A stretch of DNA of 58,870 nucleotides from Aplysia californica (taxonomy: Eukaryota), in NCBI RefSeq assembly GCF_000002075.1, contig NW_004797280.1, positions 2,084,592-2,143,461 on the forward strand, given 5' to 3'. Position numbers and translations under genes: made by a program. The notes under the pieces are model-generated. The model did not search any database, was not told the origin of the DNA, and worked only from the letters and a program-made list of their open reading frames with translations. Shown here one piece after another: positions 1 through 13,995 of the stretch. Every line of letters begins with the position of its first letter. Within the stretch, counting starts at the first letter, position 1.

Positions 1-820
1 GTCTCACACCTTTTCCTTACAAATCTTTTTATTCCTAGCAAAGCTGCAATTTCAAGTAATAAAAGAGTTACATGTAAAATGAATCATTCTAATCTATGGC
101 TGATCAGTTTTTACAATAGCCCCGGAAAGATTTTGCTGTTATGATTTTGATAGGCTTGTCCGTGCTCCAATGAGTGATCATTATAATAAAGGAAATATTT
201 GGTTCTGCGCTGCCAATGTGCTTTACTTTAAGGCAGATTGTCATGCTTTTATCTGGCAGGTCACTGTGTCAATTTAGATTGAGATGTCCAAATAAATAAT
301 GTCACTGGATGTATGTACCTTGTTCTAAGAATATGAAAGTAAGATAAGGCACTTCATTTCATTTAAACTGATGTTTCAGTGAATGTATGACTACAAAAGT
401 TCTGCCCTATGTGGTTGAACTGGTTTTCTTTTTTTTAAATGCTTTTCTTGTGTAAGTGAGATTTATTCTCACTACTTAATGTCATCGATGTAAAGTGCTC
501 AGAGCTTATACTTGTGTGGGATAAATGCAAGTTATTGTTTTTGTATGTCAGCGACAAGGCTGAAGATAAAATGAAATATAATGTTTTGAACAAAAAAGAG
601 ATTGTAAAGGTTATTTTCCTTCTCCTACTGACTAATTTCCAAAATCAATAACAGTAGGTTTCAGCTGCTACCCAAGCAATATTCAAAATTAATTCCTACC
701 AAACTCAAATTATTTAAAATGTGTCTTGTGCGCTCATGTAACCTTATGCAGTTGCAAGTGCTGTATAACACCAAAACAAAAAACAAACTAATGACCAATT
801 TCACGTTCTTGATTTTCCAG

Positions 821-964
821 CAAGATGATGGCCATGACTGGTACTGTTTTGAATGTCACAGTCCTGGGGAAGTGTATGAGTGCAGCGACTGTTTTCGTGT
901 CTACCACCAAGGCTGTACCCGTGAGGATACCACTGGGGAAGCTTTTGTCTGCAGTGTCTGTCGA
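821..964 (+). CDS. ZMYND11: ZMYND11 exon, PHD finger
   Basis: ttccag|CAA...CGA|gtaagt; [32 protein letters not shown]...CSVCR. Confidence 0.95.
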
Positions 965-3900
965 GTAAGTTTTATCTTCTGAATCAACCTTTTGTGTAAT
1001 GTAGTAAATTATTGGATCGTTTTAGACTTAAAAGCAGTTTGTTGCAGTGGAAGGATTTGTGAGTGTTGAGTGAAGTATTATAGAAATTTATGGGAATTCG
1101 ACCCTTTTTGTTGCCTTGGGTTTTTTTAAGGATACTAATTGAGGAGCTTGTAGATTCTGGTTTTTATCAGATTGAAGGAAAAATGAATTGTACCTTAAGT
1201 AAAAAGGTGTTTAGTTGGGTGTGCTTTTCTTTAACAGTTGTCATATTAATGTTGGAATTGAAAATGAGTAGTTGTGTGTAAAGTTTGTTTCATGTTCAAC
1301 TTATATTTGGAAATATTGAAAATTAAAAGAAAAGTAAGGGGTTATCAATGATCACATTCTTGGTTATTATGAGCATGATAAGACTGCTTTTGTCTGTACG
1401 AATAAAACATTTACCATACTAAGCTATAATCTTGGTGTCTGTTATTTTCAAAAAAGTATATTCAATTTAATAGATATAGTTGTACAAAAATACCTGTTTG
1501 TCTAATTCTTTTGTCATATTCCATCGTTGAAATTTGAAAAATTAATCTTGTAAGCCACAGTTATGCATTGTTTCTAATTTTTTTTCTCTGGGATTTCTCT
1601 CTTCACTTAAAAGGACAAAGAGGTATGGATCTTTATAATTGATAACCCTGACTTGCTGCTGATTAATTGCCCATTTCACTAAAGTGATTAACATGATCTT
1701 CAAATGTGAAAAACATTATATTCAATATAGTCACATAATTTGCCTTCCACAAGTAATACATAACTTACTAGCACAAAAATACTTGTAGTTCTAGTCCCCA
1801 TAAGTACATCTGACTCTCTAAAATTGTATCCTCTTTCACAGTTCTTTGCAAAGTATCTTTTTCTCATTACATTAATAATGTTTTTAACCTTTCTTAAGAG
1901 TGAAAGTATTCCTCATGCTAGAGATCAAAATCTATGCAGATGAACGTTTTTAATCCTAACTTTGTTGTAATTTTTTTATCACTTTGCTTTACTTTCTATA
2001 GAAGCTCTGATATTGTTTTCCCTCATTCCCTTTTGCTTTGCGATCTAATGTCACTTTAATGTGCCTCCTCTGTTAAAATATTTGTGATTTTACCTCATGC
2101 AAAGCATTTTAAGTAAAATTCCTTCTGTTTTTTCCCTCCACTTCCCTGTCTTTTTATGGCAACCTTTGTGTGTTGCTTGAGTAAGCTTGAGTATGTGTAG
2201 CCTGATGTTTCTAGTGCTTTTGTAGTTTCTGACACCGAGAAACCCTAAGAACTCATAGTTTGTGCAAGAGAGAGAGATATACTTTGTGTCATAACAAACT
2301 TTTCGAAAGTAAAATTCCTGCTATTTGTTTAGTTTATATTTCAGATAGGAAAATTTTAGATGTCAACTCATGAGGGAAAACTGTAAACTGTTAGTATATG
2401 AAATTGTTTAATAATTATCCATTAGTTAGGGCATCTCTGAATGCTCAGATTTAAAGGGTGGGCATAGAATTGTAAACACAGTTCCGTATTGTGTGTATCA
2501 TCAGTTTGATAGTCATGTACTGGAAGTGACAAGTAATAGCCCTGGTTCTTGGCACGATAACATTCCTTTATATTGTTCAGTGTGAGCTTTTTGTGTGCCA
2601 TGTTCTTATTTACAGCGTAGTTAGAATGTTTGAATGGTGTACTTTTTTGGACTCTATGACATTTTGAAAGATCCAAATTTTTTTTGGGGTTGCATCCTTT
2701 GTTGTGATGAGCAAATTTGATGGGTCCTTCTGCACCGTAATCCTTCTACTCTACTCTGCTGTTCTAGCAAATTGTTTATGTTCTTATTTCTATGAATGAG
2801 TGTCACTGATAATGTGATAATGTATATAATAGCAAACTTTGGTTTTTTTAAAATATTTAAGTTGTAGCTGCTCTTTGATTTTTTTTCTACATATTTTAGC
2901 AAACTTTCCTTTTCACTGAAAACTTAAATACTTTGTATGAAGCATGTAGTTCGAATTCTCAAACTGAAGCTTGGAATCTCACATGCTTGGCTCTATAAAA
3001 ATTTATTTGTTTATAATTTTGGTAAAATTTAACATAGAAGCAGAAAATGCAAGATTTAGCATTCTTCAATCCTATCCGTACGCCTTGGGGTCATTTTGAC
3101 CCCCGGGGTTGTATTCTTCACATTTAAAACACTTCTGGTACAAAGATCTCTTTGAAAGTTTCAGTATTTCCAAAAAAATCATTTTGACAGACTGCTATGT
3201 AAGGCGTACGGATTGGATTAACGAGTAAATTTCCTCTTTGAAAGTGGTGGCACAAAGTTCCCCAGGTTGTATGAATACAATAGTAAAACATGACGTACGG
3301 ATAAGGTTAAAGGAGCTGTTTGACAAAATTGAGCCATGTCGTGAAAGGCTTTTGTTTGACCTTACTGAAGTCACGGTCCCTTTGTTTTCTTGTTTTTATC
3401 ATCTTTTTCATCTTTTTTTTACTGAAAATTTTAATCAGAAATTGCACTGAGATTCTGTGATATTTTAAATCATCACCAGTCCATCTTCACTGTAGAAAAA
3501 TAGATTTTTCAGTCTAGATACTCATCTCCCAACAGTAGAGCTGGAGTCTGCTCGATTAATCGAAGGCTTGCGAGTGGCAGACGGCTTGCACTAGAGGCTT
3601 GTGCTTTGCTTTGTCTGCCTGTCGCTACCGGGGGGAACTTTCGGTGAGTTGTGACTCGCGGACAGGCTTGCTGTACTGTGTCGTGACATCACGAACTCTC
3701 TGGGCTCAGTACATATTACAGAAGATTCTGGTTATTTGCGTTGAGAGGCTTTCAATGCTCTTAAAAGTTAATAATGGCTCAGCTATTCTTATGATACAAA
3801 GGCCGTTTTTTAAAAAAAAATGTGCACAGGTCAAGCGCTTCGTCGTCGCTCTCAGAAGACCTCAGTTCGATTCCCTCATCGGGAGAAATTTTTACCGAGA

Positions 3901-6900
3901 ACCTCCATCTTTCTGCTGGAGCGTTGTTCCCTCTCAGCCCAGGATGGCCCTGACATTGGGTTGAAGTAGGCTTAGCCGGTCTCCTAAATGTTCTATATTA
4001 TATAATTGAGATTGTAAAGCATCTACAAAATAGGCTACATACATATGGTACAAAAGCCAATCACGACGACCCATGGAGTTTTCCATTCTAAGATAATCTA
4101 CGTCTACCTAGGCCTGTACTACAATACCACGCTTCTACATCCACTCGCTCAGCTTATCAAGTACGGGAAGTTTAAAATAGCTTCGGCTCTACGTCTTGCA
4201 CCAAAAATGCACAGCCTCTGCCTTTCTCCACGGTTCAGAGTTCACACTGCAAGCAGTCTTGCTGCTGGCTGCTGGCACAAGTGGGGCTTGCCAGGTTATA
4301 AAGCAAGTCATGGGAGGCAAAGCAAGTCATGGGGCAGGAGCGGCTTGCGGGCTGCGAGCAAGTCATGGGCACAAAGCAAGTTATGGGGCACGAGCGGCTT
4401 GCTAGCTGCGAGCTGGATTTGAGACTTGCCTGCTGCGCTGTGAGCGAGTATCTCTCTCTCTCTCTCTTTTTTTGACATAGGTGACTTTGCGGATTGCAAG
4501 CAGGGTGTGGGGAGGATGGGGGTGTCTGACACAAGTGGCTTCGCGGATTGCTAGTACAATGTACTAGTAGTGTTGTAGATTTGAAGCTTAGGCTAGACTC
4601 AAGTGTAACATGCTGGTGATTTGATTTGATGATTTGACCTTGTGATTTGAGGCTTGTTACTTGAACTAGGGACTTGCGAGCATGAGCGGGTTTGCTAAGG
4701 GGGTATAGCTCTACCCAACAGCCCTTGAAGAAATGTGCGGTGTTCAGTAGAAGGTAACAGTGTTTTCCACTACTGGACATGCTTTCTAGGGTCACATGCA
4801 ATAGAATTTCTGTATAATTTCTTTTCGTGATAACATTGCTGTGGTTGTAGATGGTAGGGATATTTTTTATGTTAAGTCTCAGATATGTCATTTTATATAT
4901 ACAGTGAAACCTGCCCTGACGGCCACTTCAATAAGGCGGCCACCTGTACAAACGGCCACTTTCCATTTCCCCCCTTACATTTTTTCCATATAACATAATT
5001 GTAAAACGGGCACCTGTCCGCCGCGGCCACCATATTTTAACACACAATCCCTATCACACTAAGCAATATAACCTCTGTCTTAGACGGCTACCTTAATGAC
5101 TCCATTACGTTTTGTCATAAATTGTGCATTGGCCCCTGGTGTTGTGGGCAAGCCGTCATAATCCAATCACCTGTCGTTGTTGTTAGGTAGTCCCTCCAAA
5201 CAATGGTATTGCGTAGGCCCCTCCCACTGTTGACCAAAACGTACCTGGTAACAAATTTTCAGCTGCTGGTGAGGTAAGCGTGTGATCCCTCATAACCAAT
5301 AGCCATAAGCCCTGCCCACAACTACAAGTTGTAAGTGAAATGAGTGGTCACTGTTTACCCAGTCTGTAACAAAGAAACAATGGACGTCAACATGAACTTG
5401 TGACAGAAGCGTCTCTCGTTCTCCTCTGAGTGGTGGCGACCCGTGTGTTTGTTTTACCATAGCACTCGGTCCTCCTTGTCTGACACATTTGGTTTTATTG
5501 TCACCCTTGCACAAAAGCAGCAACAAAAGAAAAAAAAAAAGAAAAACCCCCCAGCGAAAACAACAATAACAACAACAATGTGGCTACTTTTGATTGGGAC
5601 CTCGGATGGGAATGGTTTGTTTTTTTCATCTTGATCAGTCCTGCCTAAGACGGCCACCTGTCTTATACAGACACTTTTCTCCTTGACAATGGGTGGCCGT
5701 CTTACGCAAGTTCGACTGTATTTTTTTTCTCTTTTAGTATGTGGTGGAAGGGGGGGGGGGAGGGGTATTCATACTGTTGTAAAAAATCTGTTGCAGTGTA
5801 GACTCGTCTTTTTGTTCCAGCTTTCTTGTTTTCTTGAAATTGTATGAGAAAAAAAATTGTCAGCAAAGCATGCTGGCAATGGAAATCCAGTATGAAGAGG
5901 GCAGTTTTGTATAGCCTCTTTAAATGTTGAAATGTTGCTCAGCTATCAGTTAGCAAGAGAGAAGCACAACTAGAAATGAACAACTAGCTTTAAAAGATCT
6001 CTTGTAGCCAAGTTGGTGCTGCCCAAGATACCATGATACTCCAGTTTTTGACTAAGTTCTTTGAAAATATACAGTCAAACCTTCTCTAACAGTGACCTTT
6101 CCAAGACGATCACTTGTACAAACAACCACTCTTCACCCACCCCCTGAGGGTTTTAAAAAAGATAATGACATTGTTCAAGACATCCACTTGTCTAAGTGTG
6201 AGGCCACATTACAAGCGAAAGCTGAAGCTAGGGTGAAGCTGGCGATGAGCGATAAACTTGGGGTGGCTATACTATGAGCTGATTTTATCAAGCGAGAAAT
6301 TAATGACAAGCTAGTGGGAAACAGCTGAGGGGAAAATTGGTGTGTTGACTTAGTGGGTCTGAAACACGATTCAAGAGACGGGGTGAGTAATTTTCGAGAC
6401 TCATGTGGAGAGCGTGGAGACGTCCTGACAGCCAGGGGTTGAGCTCTGCAAACACTGAAATGTGGGGACAGGGTGGTGTCGCTGTCTCAAAATAAGCCAG
6501 GCCAAGTGGGAAGTGAGAAGAAAAATTGCAAAGTATAGTCTCGCTCAAAGCTAGCGAGACTCGGGTGGGAACCACTCATAGTATGGCCATTCAAATAGAA
6601 ACATCTGTTATATATCCTCTCGTTCACAATGGATGGCTGGACTGTCTATGATAATTTCGACTGTAATTGATCACAAAATATGCAGTTTACTTCTGAAGAT
6701 TTTGTTTTGTATCTCTGTATTCTAGGTCCCATTTGTGTTGAATAGAATGATAGGGGTTGCCCATTTAATTACCAACTTCACAGTCTGAAATTGGAACTGT
6801 TTTTATTGACCCTGCTTTACAGTAAGGTTAGCTTGGAGCCAATGATAGATCTCCTGACCAGGTTTTAAGCATGTCACTCATAAATTGCTATAATGGGGTT

Positions 6901-9900
6901 ACATTAAGGGAATCCTTGAAGCCTGGTTGTCGCTTTGACTTGTGAGTTGCTGTTATCTGCACCACTTTATTTGGAGGCTAGGGAGGTGGTTCTCAGGGTA
7001 TATTTATATGCTTTCTGTTGCATGTTCGCTTCACTGGAGCCACACAGTTCTTGTGCTTTCTATGTGCCATACCCAATGTATTGCAATGCTCAGTCTTGTT
7101 AGGGGATAAAGGTGCTTGTCATGTAGACATCAAGCGCAAATCAATTTAAGTATTGTAGTATCCCACAGTTACTCCTGATCTATGAGTCTCTCAGCAGTAC
7201 TCACAATTTTCATAGGGAGTGAGTCTTAAGTTTAGTTTGGTTGAAGTATCAAGTGTGCTACAGGATGAATGGAACAGGACAACGGGATATTTGTAAAGTA
7301 CATATGTTTACTCTTTATGACAAAGGCTTGTTATTGTTTCCTGTTTTTCTTTTTTCTTTTTTTTTTTCAACATCTTGATAAAAAATTCTCTATTCTTTGG
7401 GTTTTAAAACATTTTTCGACTCTTTTGATGCATATATGACAAATTGATGCCCTTTATTGTATTATCTTGAAAGTAAAAAGTTGCTTTTCTCTTGAGTTGT
7501 CTTGAAGAGAAGACAGAAGAGATTTTTTACATATTTTTAGAGTTGTTAAGGTGTGTCTTTTTGTTATGGAAGTAAGTCATATGTAATATTTCTTCTTTTT
7601 TTTCATCACAGGCCAGCAAGAAAAAGAACAAGATGAAAAAGAAGATGTTGAACACACTGTTGAGTTACACCATATTGCGCCTTAGAGAAAAGGTGAGTAG
7701 CAGAGTTCTGACTTGGATGTATGTTGACAAAAATTTGTGTTTGTTTTAAGGGCGTAGGTTCTACTTCTGTAATATCCCTTTTCTTGTTTCAGTCTCACTT
7801 TTTTCCCAGCGCTTAGTGGCTGTTTGTGCTTCTTTTTAACGTTTACTTTAAATTTTTTGGGGTTCTAAGCACATTTTATTCTGTTTGCTAGAAGTTGAGG
7901 AATTTTTTCATTTCAGTCCTCAGTGTTAGCAGTCTATGCTTCTAGAGAACATAATATGTAATTGTCTGGAAAGCCATCAATGTGGTAGGAATCTAATAAT
8001 TTTTTATGGCAAAGTTGCTACCGGTCAGATAGTCTAAGGGTGCCTTTGATTTCATTTGTGAGTTGTACATTTTTCATTACCCATTTTCGTTAGTTCAGAA
8101 AATGATGGTTCTTTTTTTTTTTTACCCACAGACAAGAGAGTTACACAAGATTGGGTTAAAAGCAAATGCGGAAGACTTCAAGAGATTTGTATATAGGAGA
8201 ATGGATTTGAATCGAATGGAACAAAAAGTACAAGCTTCGCGTTATAAGTGTTTGGAAGAATTTCATGCTGATGCAAGGACAATTCTACACAATTGCACCC
8301 TGGTCTATGGAGGTTGGTATTTTTGTTTGAGAGTTTGGTGAAGTTTTTTTTGTTTTTCGATACATTTTTATTGTGTAATTGCGAAAGAGTTTTGAATCTA
8401 AAAGTAATTTTCTTTCACGTCATGTTCACAAAAATATTTGCTAGCATGGCTGATAAAGGAACCGGAGCCAGTCTTTGTTTTTTTCATAGACAATTTTTTT
8501 TGGTGGTCTTTATGGTGGTTGTTTCTGCTATTCTGTATATCTCGAAGCTGTAAGGATTTAACACTTTGCCATCTCAAGGCTCATATAGTAAAAACCTTTG
8601 CCATCAAAGGCAAAGGCATTTTGACGGAAAATCCAAAGAGACTGGGGGGGGGTAAACATCGCTGATCGGTGTTTTGTAACAGGAACGCAAGTTCGGCACT
8701 CTCACCGATCAGCGAAATGTGACGGCAAAGTGTTAAAGTTGTAATTTTTAAATTCATGAAACGATTTTTACTTTGTGTGAAAAATATAAGCTTGTAATTT
8801 TGGTAAAATAGATAAAATAATTGCATTAGATTCATGAAAAAGTAGAATTTTCATAAATGAAAGGGCTTTTTCCTCTCACTTTTGCATTCCTGATTTTTAT
8901 TCTCATGTCAAAGATAGATTTATGGAATATTCCTGTATTTTCCATATCCCAGATGAGAAAGGGGGCATGACAGATCTTGCAGTGGTCATGGTCAAAGACT
9001 GCAAATATGATGTAAGTACCTCTTGATTTTACTTTAAGCCATTTACTAATTTTCCTTGTCTTTGGGTACAGAGTCTCCTTTGACTGCGTCACTAACAGTT
9101 ACTATAAAGTTTGATTTATAAGCTGCGACTTTTTCCCTGCGATGGAAACAAAGGTGCAGCTTATTAGCAGATTTTCCAAATTGCAGGCGCGTCACTCTCT
9201 TACCTATTCTTAGCTCCATGTTCACTGTACACGTTCACGCTACATGTCAAAGTGTTGGCACCAAAGTGTTAACTGGTCACATTGTTATAGTGCTAACTGC
9301 TCCATTCTAAATCAAAAGCTGCACACATTGAAGCATTGAGATAATATTCTTAAGCACGCAGAGAATGCAACAAATGAAATGCATATGATGTGATGCGATG
9401 CTTATTTCAAGTTAAACCAGTGCAGCCTATTTGTGAAAAAAGTTCAAATTTTTAAAACATGAGTGCGGCTTATTTACAGACACACTCAATAGACCAAGCA
9501 TTACAGTACATTTTGTTATTCAATGAACAAGATAAGAAACATGCCACTATTTGAAGAATTTAATGAGTCTCCAGGTTTTGATTAGTGCATTGTTCCTTCA
9601 AGTTGAAAATATTTCTTCAGTTGATAGTGTTACTATGGTTAACTGTATGAAAAACATGGTAGATGCTATGGGACTAGGTGAACAAAGGTTATGAACTAAT
9701 TTTCACATTGATTAAAAGGTATAAGTCTGAAAGCTTGTATGTGAAGAGGAAAGTTATCATTCATTATCGGCACTCAAAGCTTCATTCTGCTTGTGTTTTG
9801 CTTTCAGCTGGATGAGATAGAACTGTGTCCCAACTGCTACTACATGTCCAATGCTAAACCTGAAGATTGGTTTTCTCAACCATGTGTGAGTACCATTTTC

Positions 9901-12900
9901 TGTACATTTTTACAAATAGTGATAATAATATTATATCATTCCAAAGTCTCTGTTGAACATGTTCTTTTTGTCTTTCATGTTTACTGTCTGACTATCATTG
10001 CGTTAGATAGCTTTTCTTTTCTTAAATAGAAAATCAGCACACACCTACATTCTTGCATTCTCACTCATATATGTACATCGGCACACACCAGTGCCGGCAC
10101 ACACCAGTGCTCAGTTTGTTTTTGTTTGTATTGGTGTTGCCCGTGTCCTGCTCAATGCACAACACCACATACACTTTATATAATTTGTCTTTTCTGCAGT
10201 GTAATGAAGAGAAGTAGACAGAAAGTAGATCCAGAATTCTTTTTGTTTTCTTGTTGGCAAGAAGCCTACATTTTAATTTTGTCATGATTCATAGCTTTTT
10301 GGGTACAGTGCTAGCAATACCAACACCAAGTAGCAGGTCATATGTTCTTGTATTTCTGACAAATGAAGTTCCTTACTCCTCAACTTCACAATTTTTTTCT
10401 CCTCTAGAACCCACCTCATGAATTAGTCTATGCCAAACAGAAAGGCTACAGTTACTGGCCTGCAAAAGTTGTCAAAGACTTGGGTGGAAAATCTGATGTT
10501 CGATTCTTTGGCGGATGGCATCAGAGGTGAGTCTTCACTTACAAATCTTCTCACTTCTCTTAATTCTTCTGTTTTTCATTTGCCTATAATGTATTATGGT
10601 CTATGTTTCAATGAATGGGTTCTTTTTCTCATGATTCAACACAATCTTGCTCAATGATATCATTGGTTCTAATTAAGATTTAATTTATGTATGGTCGTCT
10701 AATTTGTCTCTCATCTCAGTCTATCGTTCCTCTTCCACAAAGATTTCATTTTTTTCCCCCCGAGTGTAATCAATCATTGAGTACTCAAAGGCTTTTGTTT
10801 AATACTTTGCCGTCTCTCGGCAAGTACTGGTGTTCCCGTCTCATGATCGGCGATGTATATCTTAACTTAGGGTTAGTTACCAACGCATATCGGAATTATA
10901 TCCTTGTCACTTAACAATGGGTTAGTTTCAAACACATCATCAGAATGACGCCCTTTTCATTTATAAAAGAAAGAGGGTGAGAGTTTGCGCATTTTCACTG
11001 CTGTATTCGAGCTGTAAACACATCGAAAATGAGTAACTGAAGCGCGTCCACAAACAGCAGTTTCTTTTACTGTGACAGCGACCCCTTTCTTCTGCCCTGA
11101 ATGTAGTACCGCCTTGTTTGTTGACCGTGACTGTTTTAGAATCTTTCATACTGTTGATGATATTAAGCAAGCCGACAGCAGCTGATGGCCTAATTCTTAC
11201 AAAGTTTACCATCCAAACAAGCATAATTGAATTATATGTTGCCACAGTGTAACCTCGTTTAAATACATTTTTCACCACATGCTAAATGCCAACACACATT
11301 TGATGGTGTTTTTTACCCCCGCATCTGAATGTTTTATTGTTTTGTAAGTGAACACCATGAGTGTTTTAGTTGTTGTATCTCTATGTACTTCTGTCGTGCA
11401 TATTATGAAACATGCGTCAAATGATTCACTGATTGAGTGATTGCCGTTACATTTTCCAACCGTCTCCACTTTCTTTGTCTACTATCATTTAGCCAACACC
11501 TTATCTGTAGGCAGTTGGTCTACTCTAAGAATTGTGCAAGTTTCATGTCAATATAGGTCAACTGTATGGAGTTGTGATCTTGTTTGTAACTCTGCCCCGC
11601 CCACCTCTTCCAACCCCTTGCTTTTACTTTTCGGGGTGCATATTTCTGTCGACTCTACAATGCCCCTAAATGCACCCAACCACCATCTCGTATGGTTTTT
11701 ACTGTTTACAAATGCTCAAATCATCATTCTGGATTATTTTCTTTAGGATTTAGGGTGAAAGCTCTTATCAGGAGGGGGTGGAATTGGTTATTTTTCGTTA
11801 CTATTGAGGTAAAATTTGCATAAATTTTTCAAAATGGCAGTCATAACAATGCGACTGGATTTTTTTCCCACTTGAATAAAAACCTGATTCACTCATACAA
11901 CTACTACAACTGTCTTCCAAGTCTGGTGTTAATCCATGCATTTATAAGAGAGCAGTGCTCATTTCTCTGAACCCTCTACTTTTCCTCTTCTGACCCCTTG
12001 TTTTTTACGTTTCGGGGTATGTATTTCTGTTGACTCGATAATGCCCCAAAATTAGTCCAGCCATCATCTCATATCGTTTTTACTGTTTACAAATGCTCAA
12101 ATCATCATTCTGGACTACTAGCTTTAGGATTTAGGATGAAAGCACTTATCAGATGGGATGGAATTGGTTGGGTTTTTTTACTTCTGAAGTAACATTTGCA
12201 TAATTTATTCAAAATGGCCTCCATAATAATGCAACTGGATATTTTTTTAAACATATAAATGAAAATCTGGTTCACTCATACAACTGTCTTCCAAGGTTGG
12301 TGATGATCCATGCATTTATAAGAGAGCAGTGCTCATTTTTCTGAACCCACTACTTTACCTTGTGATTTTCCAAACTGGTGTGTGGCGCCAAGGGTTTTCA
12401 CTATTATAATGCGTTTGGTGGAAAAGTGTTGAACAAGCTAGACAAGACAAACTATTTAAGATTTTGAGAAAGCTGAAGATTGAAGAAATGTGCAGAATCT
12501 TCACTGGAACCAAAATGCTGCTGCAAGAATTTAAAATGAAAATCCAGGTCTGAAGTGAATGGAGAGAATATTAATTGCATCAGATATGCCAATAAAGTTT
12601 TAATTGTAGATTCAGGAAAGGACATGAAATTACTTTTAGATACTGTTATGAATGTAAAGGGTTATGTTTTATTGTAAGGGAAGCAAAGTTCTCGGTAGTA
12701 TCTGAAAAAGCAATAAATCTTATTTGTTATCACATTAGCAAAGGTGAATAGATCAAATATATGATTTAAGAATCTAGGCTTTATCATTACACCTGACTCC
12801 AAATGTTCCACAGAAATTATAGAGAATCAGATAATTTCAATAGGTAGAGACAGGTTCAGTAAAATGAGTTGAATTCAAAACATGTCAATGACTGTGAAAG

Positions 12901-13949
12901 AAGAATTTTATTATTTTATTTTGAAGTGAATGCAGGACAATTACCAAATAAAGTGAAAAAATCAACTCGTAGCCACAGAAATGTAGTTTTTTAGATTGTT
13001 AAGTATTACATGAAAGAAAAAGATATCAAATAAATGAAGTAGTGCTGAAAGAAGCTCTGGTGGGCCACACACTCATAAACACAACAAGAATAATGCAGTT
13101 TTTTTAACATTTGAATAGACATAGAGGCCTTGGACATCAAGCTTTCACTCATAACATAGAAAATATATGGCAAAAAAGGTGGGAATAGACCAGTAGCAGC
13201 TTACTTAGAGAAGGACATAGATTTTTTTGAAAGAGCACCCAAACACAGACATCAAGAGCAAACTGTGTTGGCCAGTGTTTGTTTCATATCTGGCACTCTG
13301 TGATGATAATAAGGGAGGATTAAAGATTGTAATTAAAACTTGGTTAGTGTCTTTATATTGACTACACATTCCAACTGAATTTCAGAGCTGTGATACCTGC
13401 TGAATACATAAAACCAATTACTACAGATCTGAAAGCAATGACTATAAAACGCACTGCAGGTAAGAGATCACTACCCCTCCCCATGAGCTTGAGTTATGAA
13501 TGTTTCCCGCTTGAAATTTACTTGTGTCAAATAGTTTTCACATCTTTGAAAGCATTATTAGTTTTTTTCATTATCTGTTTTGTCATTTTTGCCTTGCATG
13601 TTATAATGAGTCACTATAATCTGCTGTTTCTGTTTATCTTGATTTATTTTTTTTTTAAATGGGAAGATTTGATAAAGGGATTTGCAAAATTTCAGTTAAA
13701 TGTATTTCTTCTCATCTCCCAGTTCTGAGAAATCCTTTTTTAAAAGAAATCAAACATTTTCTGATTCACATTTTGACAGTGACAATCTTTATTCATCTTC
13801 CGTAGAGCAGTAGAGCAATTTGTCTGGTCATTTACTATGGGAATGATGTTAGTTGTTACACAGGTCATGTGCACTCATGTATATTCACAACAAGAAAGGA
13901 CACAGATACATGTATTATGTGCTGAAACACCCTCCCCCCTCTCTTTCTT

Positions 13950-13995
<46 letters not shown>

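Noticed and set aside
4045-4891. Overlapping ORFs up to 218 aa
   Set aside because: They arise from repeat motifs inside a non-autonomous transposon and show no domain similarity.
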